Positions 20,466-31,763 of a DNA stretch of 64,000 nucleotides are shown here, one piece after another (positions within the stretch are counted from its first letter, which is position 1; every line of letters begins with the position of its first letter). Below the pieces are notes generated by a model that was given only the letters and a program-made list of their open reading frames with translations, did no database searches and had not been told where the DNA came from. This stretch comes from Candidatus Cloacimonadota bacterium (GTDB taxonomy: Bacteria > Cloacimonadota > Cloacimonadia > JGIOTU-2). The translations under genes were made by a program, and so were the position numbers. Location: contig JBNGBT010000007.1 of NCBI GenBank assembly GCA_049903315.1, positions 78,160 through 142,159 on the forward strand, read 5' to 3'.

Positions 20466-20888
20466 ATGAAATACAGAATAATTGATCATACCGCTGACCT
20501 TGCTGTAGAATTTCACGGTAAGTCTGTTACAGAACTTTTTGAGAACAGTGCAGTGTCACTTTCTGAAATAATTTTTAACCGAAAAATAGAAATCAAGGAT
20601 GGGTCTTCATTAGAACTTATTTTCTCAAGTGATAATATAGAAATAAATTATATTGATTTTTTACGAGAAATTTTATTTCAAATTAATCAAAACTACTATT
20701 ACTTTTATGCATGTGAAGCTACTTTTTTATCAGAAACTGCACTCTCGATAATATGTTTTTATTCTCAACTCAAACAAGAAGATATCAAAAATGAGATCAA
20801 AGCAGTTACGTATCATGAATGCAGCATCAACGATAAATTGATTGAGACTCAAAAGATATATTTTGCAAAAGTAACATTTGATATTTGA
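20466..20888 (+). CDS. Archease
   Basis: N-terminal DHTAD, EIKAVTYH, C-terminal FDI. Confidence 0.92.
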   Translation: MKYRIIDHTADLAVEFHGKSVTELFENSAVSLSEIIFNRKIEIKDGSSLELIFSSDNIEINYIDFLREILFQINQNYYYFYACEATFLSETALSIICFYSQLKQEDIKNEIKAVTYHECSINDKLIETQKIYFAKVTFDI

Positions 20889-20943
20889 GAGTATTGACAA
20901 TTGAGAAGATGCATATATTTTATTCATAAAAACGAGGTCTACA

Positions 20944-21621
20944 ATGTTTTATGATTCTACATTTTTCCTCCTTATTCCAGTATTGCTTCTTGCATTTTAT
21001 GCACAGAGTAAGGTCAAAGGGAATTATATAAAATACAGCAAAGTAAGAAATTCTTCCGGCAGCACTGGAGCGGAAGTTGCAAGGAATATTTTACAGTCAA
21101 ACGGCATTAATGACGTAACCATCAAAGAGATTGAAGGAACACTGTCAGACAATTATAATTCAAAGAAAAAAGAGCTTAATCTCTCTCACGATGTATATCA
21201 TGGAAATTCCATAGCTGCGATAAGTATTGCTGCCCATGAAGCTGGTCACGCGGTTCAACACGCTGAGAATTATGCACCTCTCGGCATCAGAACGGGTATC
21301 TTTCCCATTGCTAATTTCGGTTCCATGCTTGCTTTTCCAATGTTCATCATTGGGCTTATTCTGCGAACACCCCTGCTTATGGATATCGGCATTATTCTAT
21401 TTGCAGGAGCGCTTTTCTTTCATGTGGTCACTCTTCCTGTGGAATTCAATGCATCCAAACGTGCGCTTATACATCTTGAAAATAATTATATTGCAAATGC
21501 TGATGAAATGACAGGTGCAAAAAAAGTGCTCAATTCAGCAACACTCACATATGTTGCTTCCACACTCATGGCACTCATGCAGTTCCTCAGACTGCTTATT
21601 CTTCGCGGTTCACGAGATTAG
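20944..21621 (+). CDS. YugP-like membrane zinc metallopeptidase
   Basis: AAHEAGHAVQH; VTLPVEFNASKRA. Confidence 0.9.
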   Translation: MFYDSTFFLLIPVLLLAFYAQSKVKGNYIKYSKVRNSSGSTGAEVARNILQSNGINDVTIKEIEGTLSDNYNSKKKELNLSHDVYHGNSIAAISIAAHEAGHAVQHAENYAPLGIRTGIFPIANFGSMLAFPMFIIGLILRTPLLMDIGIILFAGALFFHVVTLPVEFNASKRALIHLENNYIANADEMTGAKKVLNSATLTYVASTLMALMQFLRLLILRGSRD

Positions 21622-21629
21622 AATCAAAT

Positions 21630-22355
21630 ATGAAGCACTTTTTAATACTCATCCTCGGCTTTCTCGCTGTTTGTATTCATTGTTCTCTACATGCAGAACA
21701 ACTGACAATTCTCTGTAATAATTTTTCTCCAAAGGATTCAGTTCGGGAACAGAGCAAAGACATGACCGATTCCTTGTTGCAGCAGTACAGCAATTTTTTT
21801 GAAATTTCACCCTTTCCATTTGTTGAGCAAAATGAACAGCAGATATGCTTTTTTAATCCGGCAATATTTTCTGAGAAAGTCATAAACTCAAATCAAAAAG
21901 TGCTTTCATCAAATATTCAAAGCACAGATTCTCTTTTTTATGATCTCATACCTTATCAGCCAGTTATGCTCGATACGCATTCTGTTGTTTTTATCAGCAT
22001 CACAACGCCGGATTTTCCGATCCTCTATAAGAAACATTCTCATGAGCTTACTGTTCAAATCGAGGTTTTTAAAAGAGTGACTGAACTCTGCGCAGTATTT
22101 AAAAAATTTGGTATTGATTATATCATTGCGATTAATTATCTTGGCGATTTTCTCAGCAAAGAAATGCTGCAGAAGTGTCCGGAACTAGACCTCGTGATCG
22201 ATTACTTTTCATTGGATAATACCCATCATTATATGAAGGAGATCACGCATCCGCGCCTGATAAACTGGAGCAGAAAAAAGGAGCATTTCCTCATTGTGGA
22301 AATTGAATTATCGGACAGCACACTCACAGTACAGGAAATCACCCGTATCGAATAG
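21630..22355 (+). CDS. Secreted hypothetical protein, possibly a degenerate 5'-nucleotidase-like fold
   Basis: Signal peptide; IDYIIAINYLG...PELDLVID echoes the 5'-nucleotidase scaffold without its His ligands. Confidence 0.45.
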   Translation: MKHFLILILGFLAVCIHCSLHAEQLTILCNNFSPKDSVREQSKDMTDSLLQQYSNFFEISPFPFVEQNEQQICFFNPAIFSEKVINSNQKVLSSNIQSTDSLFYDLIPYQPVMLDTHSVVFISITTPDFPILYKKHSHELTVQIEVFKRVTELCAVFKKFGIDYIIAINYLGDFLSKEMLQKCPELDLVIDYFSLDNTHHYMKEITHPRLINWSRKKEHFLIVEIELSDSTLTVQEITRIE

Positions 22356-22368
22356 CACTTTTTCCCCG

Positions 22369-23604
22369 ATGATAAAAAGTTACATCAGCAATATCAAGCT
22401 CTTCTCGCGAAATGCAAAACTGTTTTTAATAGGAAATTTCTGTTTAAGTATTGGGATAAATATTTTCTGGCTTCTGTACAACCTCTATTTGAAGGAACTC
22501 GGTTTTCAGGAAGGATTTATCGGGAATGTTCTTTCACTCCGCTCTGTCGGCTCAGTCCTCATCGCACTTCCCGCAGCAGCGCTTATTAATAGAGTTCATA
22601 TTCGTTATGTGGTGATCGGCGGCGCACTTTTTTCTGCAGTGGGATTTTTTCTCCAGTCGGTCATCACAACAAAATCAGGTCTCATCCTTGCGGGATTTTA
22701 TACTGGGATGACTACGACATTCTACATGGTTGCATCAGCGCCTTTCTTTATGAGGAACAGCACAGAACGCGAGCGTGTTTATCTTTTCAGTATAAACTCA
22801 GCGCTTGGCATGGGAGCCGGCATTTTCGGCTCGATACTTGGCGGAGTTGTAAAAACCGTTTTCTATTCATTCACTCATTCCGAAGTAATTTCGTACCGCT
22901 TTGCGCTGATTTCTGCTGTTATCATTGCCTTGCTTGGAGTGATACCGTATCTGAAACTCAGAGAAAAACCAATCCCGAAGCGGGAGCATACAGGTTGTAA
23001 ATATTTCAAGCGAATGATGAAGGACACAAATTGGAATGTTATCTTCAAGCTGGCTTTACCCGGTTTTATTGTGGGCATGGGAGCAGGGCTGACAATTCCG
23101 TTTATCAATCTCTATTTCAGAGATGTCTTTCATCTTAAAGCAAATATGATCGGGATAATCTTTGCAATGGGGCAGGGAGCTGTGCTCCTCGGTATGCTGA
23201 CCAGTCCTCTCATCGCATCGAGAATAGGGAAGGTCAGAGCAATTCTTATCACACAAATGATCTCGATCCCATTTATGCTGATACTCGGTTATGTTCGCTT
23301 CATACCGATAGTTATCCTCGCATTTCTGATCCGTGGCGCAATGATGAACATGAGTATTCCGATTTCAAGCACCTTTTCAATGGAAAAAGTTACGGATAAG
23401 GAACATGCGATCACAAACAGCATTCTCATGCTGAGCTGGACCAGTTCGTGGGCAATAAGTGCACTCATCGGTGGACATATCATTGAGAAGTTTGGTTTTA
23501 CTTTGTGCTTCGGGCTTACAAGTGGATTGTATCTTGTTTCTACGCTTCTGTACTACCTCTTTTTCAGGAAGGATATGGTCGAGAAAATACGGATTACACA
23601 ATAA
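22369..23604 (+). CDS. MFS transporter
   Basis: About 12 hydrophobic helices; ASRIGKVRAI loop motif. Confidence 0.88.
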   Translation: MIKSYISNIKLFSRNAKLFLIGNFCLSIGINIFWLLYNLYLKELGFQEGFIGNVLSLRSVGSVLIALPAAALINRVHIRYVVIGGALFSAVGFFLQSVITTKSGLILAGFYTGMTTTFYMVASAPFFMRNSTERERVYLFSINSALGMGAGIFGSILGGVVKTVFYSFTHSEVISYRFALISAVIIALLGVIPYLKLREKPIPKREHTGCKYFKRMMKDTNWNVIFKLALPGFIVGMGAGLTIPFINLYFRDVFHLKANMIGIIFAMGQGAVLLGMLTSPLIASRIGKVRAILITQMISIPFMLILGYVRFIPIVILAFLIRGAMMNMSIPISSTFSMEKVTDKEHAITNSILMLSWTSSWAISALIGGHIIEKFGFTLCFGLTSGLYLVSTLLYYLFFRKDMVEKIRITQ

Positions 23605-23730
23605 AACCTTGCGAACGTTTGACAAGGGAAACCTTCGCAACGATTCGGTTGTACATCTAAAATCTCAAATCAGTATTCTTCAATCGTCATTCAAAAACCT
23701 CGTAATGGAGTGGTCCATGAGGACTCGATT
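23601..23730. repeat. Composite REP-like palindromes
   Basis: aaccttgcgaacgtt...aaccttcgcaacgatt and cctcgtaatggagtggtccatgagg; the same two motifs occur in the same order at 63838-63937. Confidence 0.55.
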
Positions 23731-24052
23731 ATACTATTCTATGAGAAAAAATGAATCTATTCCTTTTCTCAAATTTATTAATCGAGTACTTTGTTAATTA
23801 TCTTTTTATAGTATGATATTTTCTCAGCATTCCCTTTTATTAAATTCTTCTTGGTTTCTGTTAATAGAATGAGTTATAATTTTGTAAAATATTATGCTTT
23901 TATGTTCACAAAAAAACTACAATATTTCACTCCAAATTTACTCCATAACTAACGTTAAAATAAATAGTTAAATATACTTCTAAAAAGTTTGACACCATTT
24001 CCAGTACCCCGATATTTTAGCTATAAATAATATGTATTTCAGGAGGATCTGA

Positions 24053-26107
24053 ATGAAGAAATACTCAATGGATAGTATTCGAAATTATGCCTTTGTTGGT
24101 GCCAGTGGATCAGGTAAAACTTCCATTGCTGAAGCGATGTTTTTCAACGCAGGAGTGATCAATCGACTTGGACGTGTTGACGATGGAAATACACTTATGG
24201 ATTACGATCCTGATGAAGTTTCCAAGAAAATGTCTATCAACCTTGCATTAGGCAACTTAGAGTGGAAAAAAATTAAACATAACATACTCGATACCCCAGG
24301 ATATAGCGACTTTAAAGGTGATATGATCACTGCATTCCGCGCTGTTGATACTGCTCTTATTACGATCAGTGCAGTAGCAGGAATAGAAGTGATGACCGAT
24401 CAGGCAATGAAATATGCGGATGAAGTGAATAACAGTAAGGCAATTATTATAAATAAACTCGATAGGGAACATGCAAAATTTACCGAGATAATCGATGAGT
24501 TGAGCAGCTTTTCCGACCAGATCGTGGTGCCGGTTCTTATCCCGATCGGAACCGCAGAACACTTCAAAGGTGTGGTGAACACCATTAATAAAAAAGCTTA
24601 TGCTCAGGGAAAAGAAATTGAAGTACCTTCTGACCTTACTGATGAAGTTGAAGAGTGGCACGAAAAAGTTATTGAAGCTGCAGCAGAATCTGATGATAAA
24701 CTTATGGAGAAGTTTTTTGAAGAAGGTGCTCTCTCTGCAGAAGAGATTAGTCTCGGACTAAAAAATTCAATCATGCAGGGTACTGCGATACCTGTTTTTG
24801 CATGCTCAGCATCAGAAAACATCGGCATTCAGGAAATCCTTAATCTTGTAAATATGTTCTTCCCATCACCACATGACATCAAAGAAATCCCAGTACAGAA
24901 AAGTGATGTAATAGAAAATCTCGATCTCGCCAATTATAAAAAGAAACTCGGCTATGTCATCAAATCTGTTACAGAATTAAACTTTGGGGAAATCGCTCTC
25001 GTAAGAATGTATTCAGGCGTGTTAAATACAGGAGATGAGGTTGAACTTCCCGAGAAAGCTGCCAAGGAAAAGATCGGACAGATATTTTCCGTATGCGGCA
25101 AAAAACGTGATGAAGTCGATGAATTATGCGCTGGAGATATAGGCGGTTTGGTCAAATTGAAAAATACCAAAACATCGAATACTATTGCAGAAAAGGGAGA
25201 AAATCTCATAATCAAACCTCTGCATTATCCCGAACCGGTTTATTGGAAGTCTATCCGGGCAGCCAGCCAATCCGATGAAGACAGGATCGGTCCTGCACTC
25301 ACAAAAATCACGGATGAAGATCCTACGATAAAAACAGAGATCAATATTGAAACCAACCAGAATATTCTTTCCGGACAGGGTGAAATACAGATCGGTCTTG
25401 TGCAGAAACGATTGAAAGATAAATACAATGTCGAAGCAAATCTCACTGATCCGAAAATACCTTACAAAGAAACCGTAACCGGCAAATCAGACGTGAAATA
25501 CCGCCATAAAAAACAGAGTGGTGGGCACGGGCAATATGGTGAAGTATATATAAAGGTTTCACCAAAAGAACTTGGTGAAGGATTTGAATTTGTCAATGCA
25601 ATTGTCGGGGGCGTCATTCCAAGCAAATATATCCCTGCTGTCGAAAAAGGACTTGTAGAAACCATGAGAGATGGTATTCTCGCAGGTTATCCGGTAGTTG
25701 ATATTCAAGTTGAACTTTATTACGGCTCGTACCACGATGTTGATTCCTCAGAAATGGCATTTAAAATAGCTGCTTCTCATGCACTCAAAGATGGTTTTGC
25801 TCAGGCAAATCCAATACTGCTCGAGCCCATTCACAAGGTGCAGATCGTGGTTCCTACAGAATACATGGGTGATGTCATGGGTGATATCAGCAGCAGAAGA
25901 GGTAAAATCCTCGGTATGTCGCAAGAAGACAACAAGCAGATTCTTAATGCGGAAATTCCGCTTTCGGAATTGTATTCCTATTATACGTCATTAAAATCAA
26001 TTACTCAGGGTCGCGGATATTTCACACAGCAATTTGCATATTATCAAAAACTTCCTAATGACCAGGCTCAAAAAGTTATTGATGAGAGCAAAAAGGATGA
26101 AGAATAA
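24053..26107 (+). CDS. fusA: Elongation factor G-like protein (EF-G2 type)
   Basis: Full EF-G architecture (KKQSGGHGQY, GSYHDVDSSEMAF) with divergent G motifs GASGSGKTS, KKMSI, DTPGY. Confidence 0.9.
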   Translation: MKKYSMDSIRNYAFVGASGSGKTSIAEAMFFNAGVINRLGRVDDGNTLMDYDPDEVSKKMSINLALGNLEWKKIKHNILDTPGYSDFKGDMITAFRAVDTALITISAVAGIEVMTDQAMKYADEVNNSKAIIINKLDREHAKFTEIIDELSSFSDQIVVPVLIPIGTAEHFKGVVNTINKKAYAQGKEIEVPSDLTDEVEEWHEKVIEAAAESDDKLMEKFFEEGALSAEEISLGLKNSIMQGTAIPVFACSASENIGIQEILNLVNMFFPSPHDIKEIPVQKSDVIENLDLANYKKKLGYVIKSVTELNFGEIALVRMYSGVLNTGDEVELPEKAAKEKIGQIFSVCGKKRDEVDELCAGDIGGLVKLKNTKTSNTIAEKGENLIIKPLHYPEPVYWKSIRAASQSDEDRIGPALTKITDEDPTIKTEINIETNQNILSGQGEIQIGLVQKRLKDKYNVEANLTDPKIPYKETVTGKSDVKYRHKKQSGGHGQYGEVYIKVSPKELGEGFEFVNAIVGGVIPSKYIPAVEKGLVETMRDGILAGYPVVDIQVELYYGSYHDVDSSEMAFKIAASHALKDGFAQANPILLEPIHKVQIVVPTEYMGDVMGDISSRRGKILGMSQEDNKQILNAEIPLSELYSYYTSLKSITQGRGYFTQQFAYYQKLPNDQAQKVIDESKKDEE

Positions 26108-26134
26108 TATTATCAGTAATTTGACGGAGGTATA

Positions 26135-26884
26135 ATGTCCGGACATAATAAATGGAGTTCGATAAAGCATAAGAAGGCAAAGGAAGATGCCAAACGAGGT
26201 AAGGTCTTCACGAAGATCATACGTGAAATCATTGTTGCAGCGCGGGACGGCGGGGGAGATCCGGAGTTGAATCCTGCACTTCGGAACGCAATTAATAAAG
26301 CAACTTCCGAAAACATGCCAAAAGATAATATCGAGCGCGCTATCAAAAAGGGAACTGGCGACCTTGAGGGCGTCAATTACGAAACTATCATGTACGAAGG
26401 ATATGCTCCGGGCGGTGTGGCAATGATCATTGAAGCAGTCACAGATAACAAACAGAGAACTGTTGCAGAAATCCGCCACGTCCTTACCAAACACAATGGC
26501 AGTCTGGCAGAAAAGGGCTCGGTCTCCTGGAATTTTAGTCAATCCGGTAGTATTCTCGTGCTGAAAGAAGAGCTTGATGAAGATGAACTCATGATGATCG
26601 CTCTTGATGCAGGCGCTGAAGATTTCTCAGAAGAAGATGAGTTTTTTATCATAACTACTGATTCAAAAGAATTATATAATGTCGTTCGCGGTTTGGAAGA
26701 AAAGGATATTAAGATAGAAAAAGCAGAACTCGAATATATCCCTCAAAACACAGTTCCTGCCAATGATAATGCTGCACAGATCATAAAGATCATTGAAGCC
26801 CTTGAAGAGCTCGAAGACGTGCAGAATGTCTATGCAAACTTCCAGATCGACGACGAAATATTAGAACAAGTCGCAGGTGAGTAA
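26135..26884 (+). CDS. yebC: YebC/PmpR family protein
   Basis: MSGHNKWSSIKHKK, YEGYAPGG, TDNKQRT. Confidence 0.96.
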   Translation: MSGHNKWSSIKHKKAKEDAKRGKVFTKIIREIIVAARDGGGDPELNPALRNAINKATSENMPKDNIERAIKKGTGDLEGVNYETIMYEGYAPGGVAMIIEAVTDNKQRTVAEIRHVLTKHNGSLAEKGSVSWNFSQSGSILVLKEELDEDELMMIALDAGAEDFSEEDEFFIITTDSKELYNVVRGLEEKDIKIEKAELEYIPQNTVPANDNAAQIIKIIEALEELEDVQNVYANFQIDDEILEQVAGE

Positions 26885-27365
26885 ACAAGAAATAATTGTA
26901 GGCATTGACCCCGGCTCTCAAGCAACGGGTTATGCATTTCTCTCTGTGGAACATAAAAAAGTGAAACCGCTGGCATATGGGGTTATCAAGAATAATCCAA
27001 GGATGACACTAGCGAAAAGGATTACTCTGCTGTACAAAGAGCTTAATCAGCTCATCGTAGAATTCAAACCGACAATTGCGAGCATCGAGAAAATATTCTA
27101 TGCAAAAAATGTTCGATCTCTTGTATCACTCGGCGAAGCGCGAGGGGTACTGCTGCTTGCTTTGGAACAGGCACAGATTCCCATATATGAGTACTCTGCC
27201 AGAGAGGTAAAAAAAGCAGTTGTAGGAAATGGCAACGCATCAAAACAACAGGTTCAATACATGGTTAAAAACATTATAAATATCAAAGACGAAGAACTGC
27301 AATTCGATATCACAGACGCACTTGCAATAGCTCTTTGTCATGTTAATAAATTGCAATATGTATGA
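26877..27365 (+). CDS. ruvC: Holliday junction resolvase RuvC
   Basis: GIDPG, LGEARGV, KKAVVGNG.ASKQQV, DALAIALCH. Confidence 0.96.
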   Translation: MSKQEIIVGIDPGSQATGYAFLSVEHKKVKPLAYGVIKNNPRMTLAKRITLLYKELNQLIVEFKPTIASIEKIFYAKNVRSLVSLGEARGVLLLALEQAQIPIYEYSAREVKKAVVGNGNASKQQVQYMVKNIINIKDEELQFDITDALAIALCHVNKLQYV

Positions 27366-27963
27366 ATATATAAGCGGAAAGATCGTCGAGAAAAAGACAA
27401 CGTATATTGTTATAGAAGCCAATGGAATCGGCTTTAATATAACCATTCCAATAAGTACATATGACAAACTTGGTGAGGTTGGCACATTTGGAAAACTGTA
27501 TATTCGTTTTCACGTGAGAGAGAACGAACAACGGCTTTTCGGTTTTGCCACGAAGGAAGAGAGGGTTGTGTTTGATTCACTTTTAAAAGTTGCAGGAATA
27601 GGTCCAAAAATCGCCATTTCAATCCTATCCGGAATCACTATTAAGGATTTATTTGATGTTATTTCACGACAGGATGTAAAGCTTCTCTCCACTGTACCGG
27701 GTATTGGTAAAAAGAGTTCCGAACGTATCATTGTTGAACTAAAAGATAAATTTGATGATCTCCTTCCGAAAGACTATGTCGAATATACAGTCACACCTGA
27801 AGCACAGAGTTTTGTGAATGATGCTGAAGATGCGCTGATTTCACTTGGATATTCCAAAGCAAACGTGATAAAGAAAATTCAGAAATATATGTCTGAAAAC
27901 ACTCCCAGCTCTGCCGAGGATATTGTAAAAGCAATAATAAGAAATTTTTACTCAAAATTATGA
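27358..27963 (+). CDS. ruvA: Holliday junction branch migration protein RuvA
   Basis: MYEYISG, HVRE...LFGF, GIGPK, VPGIGKK.SERIIVELKDK. Confidence 0.96.
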   Translation: MYEYISGKIVEKKTTYIVIEANGIGFNITIPISTYDKLGEVGTFGKLYIRFHVRENEQRLFGFATKEERVVFDSLLKVAGIGPKIAISILSGITIKDLFDVISRQDVKLLSTVPGIGKKSSERIIVELKDKFDDLLPKDYVEYTVTPEAQSFVNDAEDALISLGYSKANVIKKIQKYMSENTPSSAEDIVKAIIRNFYSKL

Positions 27964-29264
27964 ACACCAGATTAGCAGCCTTTTACTCTTTAAATGAAAT
28001 TCTTCTTGAACGGAATAACTCCGAAAAGATCATGGCTCATTACTCTGCAAAGATCGAATCCAAGCAGGATCACAATCTCTACTTTACTCTTGTAAAAGGT
28101 ACTATCAAACAAAAGATACATCTGGAATTCCTTTTGAAAAATTATATAGATTTTGAGAAAACTGATCCAAAAGTGCTAAATCTCCTTTTACTGGGATTGT
28201 TCCAATTAACTTTTCTGGACTCAATTCCAGCGTATGCATGCGTGAATGAGACGATCAATATCAGCAATAAAGAATTCAAAAAAGGAGTAAGCAGTTTTAT
28301 CAATGCGGTGCTCCGTTCTTATATCAGAAAAGATAAAAAAATCCAGCTTCCGAGAGATATCGTGCAGAAAATCTCTGTTACATACTCCTTTCCAGCATAT
28401 TTAATCAAGAAATGGGTATCTCTTTTCGGTAAAGATGATACGATCGCTTTGTGTAAATATTTCAATAGCACTCCACAGCTTACTCTCCGAATCGAGACAG
28501 ATAAAATTTCATACGACAAATTTGCTGAATATCTCAATAGAAAAGGAGTCCTGTTCAGAAAGATTAACTATTTTGATAATATGGTAGTTATTGAATCATC
28601 CTTCAATTTTCTTGAAGATGAGTATTTTAAAAAAGGATTTTTTTATATCCAGAATGAAAGTGCGCTGCTTCCAGTGCTTCTTCTTGATCCTCAAAAAGGA
28701 GACAAGATACTCGACATGTGCGCAGCACCAGGCGGGAAAGCGCTCTATCTTGCTTCATTAACGAAAGATACTGCAAAAATAACTGCAGTTGATAATGATG
28801 CCGGACGTGTGATGCAATTCAAAGAAAATACAAAACGCATGAAGCACTCCTCAATTGATATTGTCATGAAAGATGTATTGTATTTAAAATCCCCAAGTAA
28901 GTTTGATAAAATCATTATTGATGCACCCTGCACAGGATGGGGAGTGATGCAGAGAAAGCCGGATATACGCTTGCAATCGGAAAATCGGTTAAAAAGCTTG
29001 ATACCTTTGCAGCAAAAATTTTTGGAAAAAGCAGATTCTCTTCTCAAAAAAAATGGCATTATTGTGTATTCAACCTGTACGATCAATCCGGATGAAAATG
29101 AGAAACAGATCGAAAAATTTATGAATAATCATCCAAATTATATCCTTGAAAAACCTGATCAATTTGTTGAGAATGATTTTGTATCTGGCAAATATATAAA
29201 AACTTATCCTTTTAAGCATAATATGGATGGAAGCTTCGCTTCTGCCTTAAGGAAAATCGCATGA
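27960..29264 (+). CDS. rsmB: 16S rRNA m5C967 methyltransferase RsmB/Sun
   Basis: NusB-like N-terminus; LDMCAAPGGK, DAPCTG.G, YSTCTI. Confidence 0.92.
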   Translation: MNTRLAAFYSLNEILLERNNSEKIMAHYSAKIESKQDHNLYFTLVKGTIKQKIHLEFLLKNYIDFEKTDPKVLNLLLLGLFQLTFLDSIPAYACVNETINISNKEFKKGVSSFINAVLRSYIRKDKKIQLPRDIVQKISVTYSFPAYLIKKWVSLFGKDDTIALCKYFNSTPQLTLRIETDKISYDKFAEYLNRKGVLFRKINYFDNMVVIESSFNFLEDEYFKKGFFYIQNESALLPVLLLDPQKGDKILDMCAAPGGKALYLASLTKDTAKITAVDNDAGRVMQFKENTKRMKHSSIDIVMKDVLYLKSPSKFDKIIIDAPCTGWGVMQRKPDIRLQSENRLKSLIPLQQKFLEKADSLLKKNGIIVYSTCTINPDENEKQIEKFMNNHPNYILEKPDQFVENDFVSGKYIKTYPFKHNMDGSFASALRKIA

Positions 29265-29845
29265 AAACGTTAAAAACGATTGGTTTTGTTGTCATAAGTT
29301 TTATTATTATATTCTTACTTGGCTTTGTGATTTCCCGCACTGTACTCTATTTTTACACACATCACAGGAATGAGGTTGAAGTGCCTGAACTCGTTAATAA
29401 AGATTACAAAAAAGCCAAACATGACCTGTATAAATTAGGACTTTATATTGATAAAATAGGCGAACGCAATAGCATGGAAGTTCTTGATGGGAGCATCATT
29501 TCCCAGGAACCGCAGGCAAATACAGTCGTGAAAAAGGGATATACGATCGATGTGATCGTGAGTAAAGGACCGGAACTTATTAAGATTCCGACATTGGACA
29601 ACCTGACGCTTGATGAAGCTAGAATACGGCTTATAAATAGCGGACTGGAAGTAGGTAATGTGAATTATTCATATTCAAATGAAATTCAAAAAGGAAAGGT
29701 CATCTATTGCCAGCCTGTGTATGGAATGGATGTTCCCAGAAATTCTAAAATTGCTCTTGTCATGAGCTTGGGTAAAATTCCTTCCACAATAAATTCAAAA
29801 CAAGACGAATATAACTCCTTACTGGAAAATCTGAATGAAAATTAG
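29261..29845 (+). CDS. Membrane-anchored PASTA-domain protein (two PASTA repeats, no kinase)
   Basis: N-terminal TM; VPELVN...IISQEP...VSKGP repeats. Confidence 0.88.
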   Translation: MKTLKTIGFVVISFIIIFLLGFVISRTVLYFYTHHRNEVEVPELVNKDYKKAKHDLYKLGLYIDKIGERNSMEVLDGSIISQEPQANTVVKKGYTIDVIVSKGPELIKIPTLDNLTLDEARIRLINSGLEVGNVNYSYSNEIQKGKVIYCQPVYGMDVPRNSKIALVMSLGKIPSTINSKQDEYNSLLENLNEN

Positions 29846-29853
29846 CAAATTGA

Positions 29854-31752
<1,899 letters not shown>

Positions 31753-31763
31753 CTGGAGGATAC

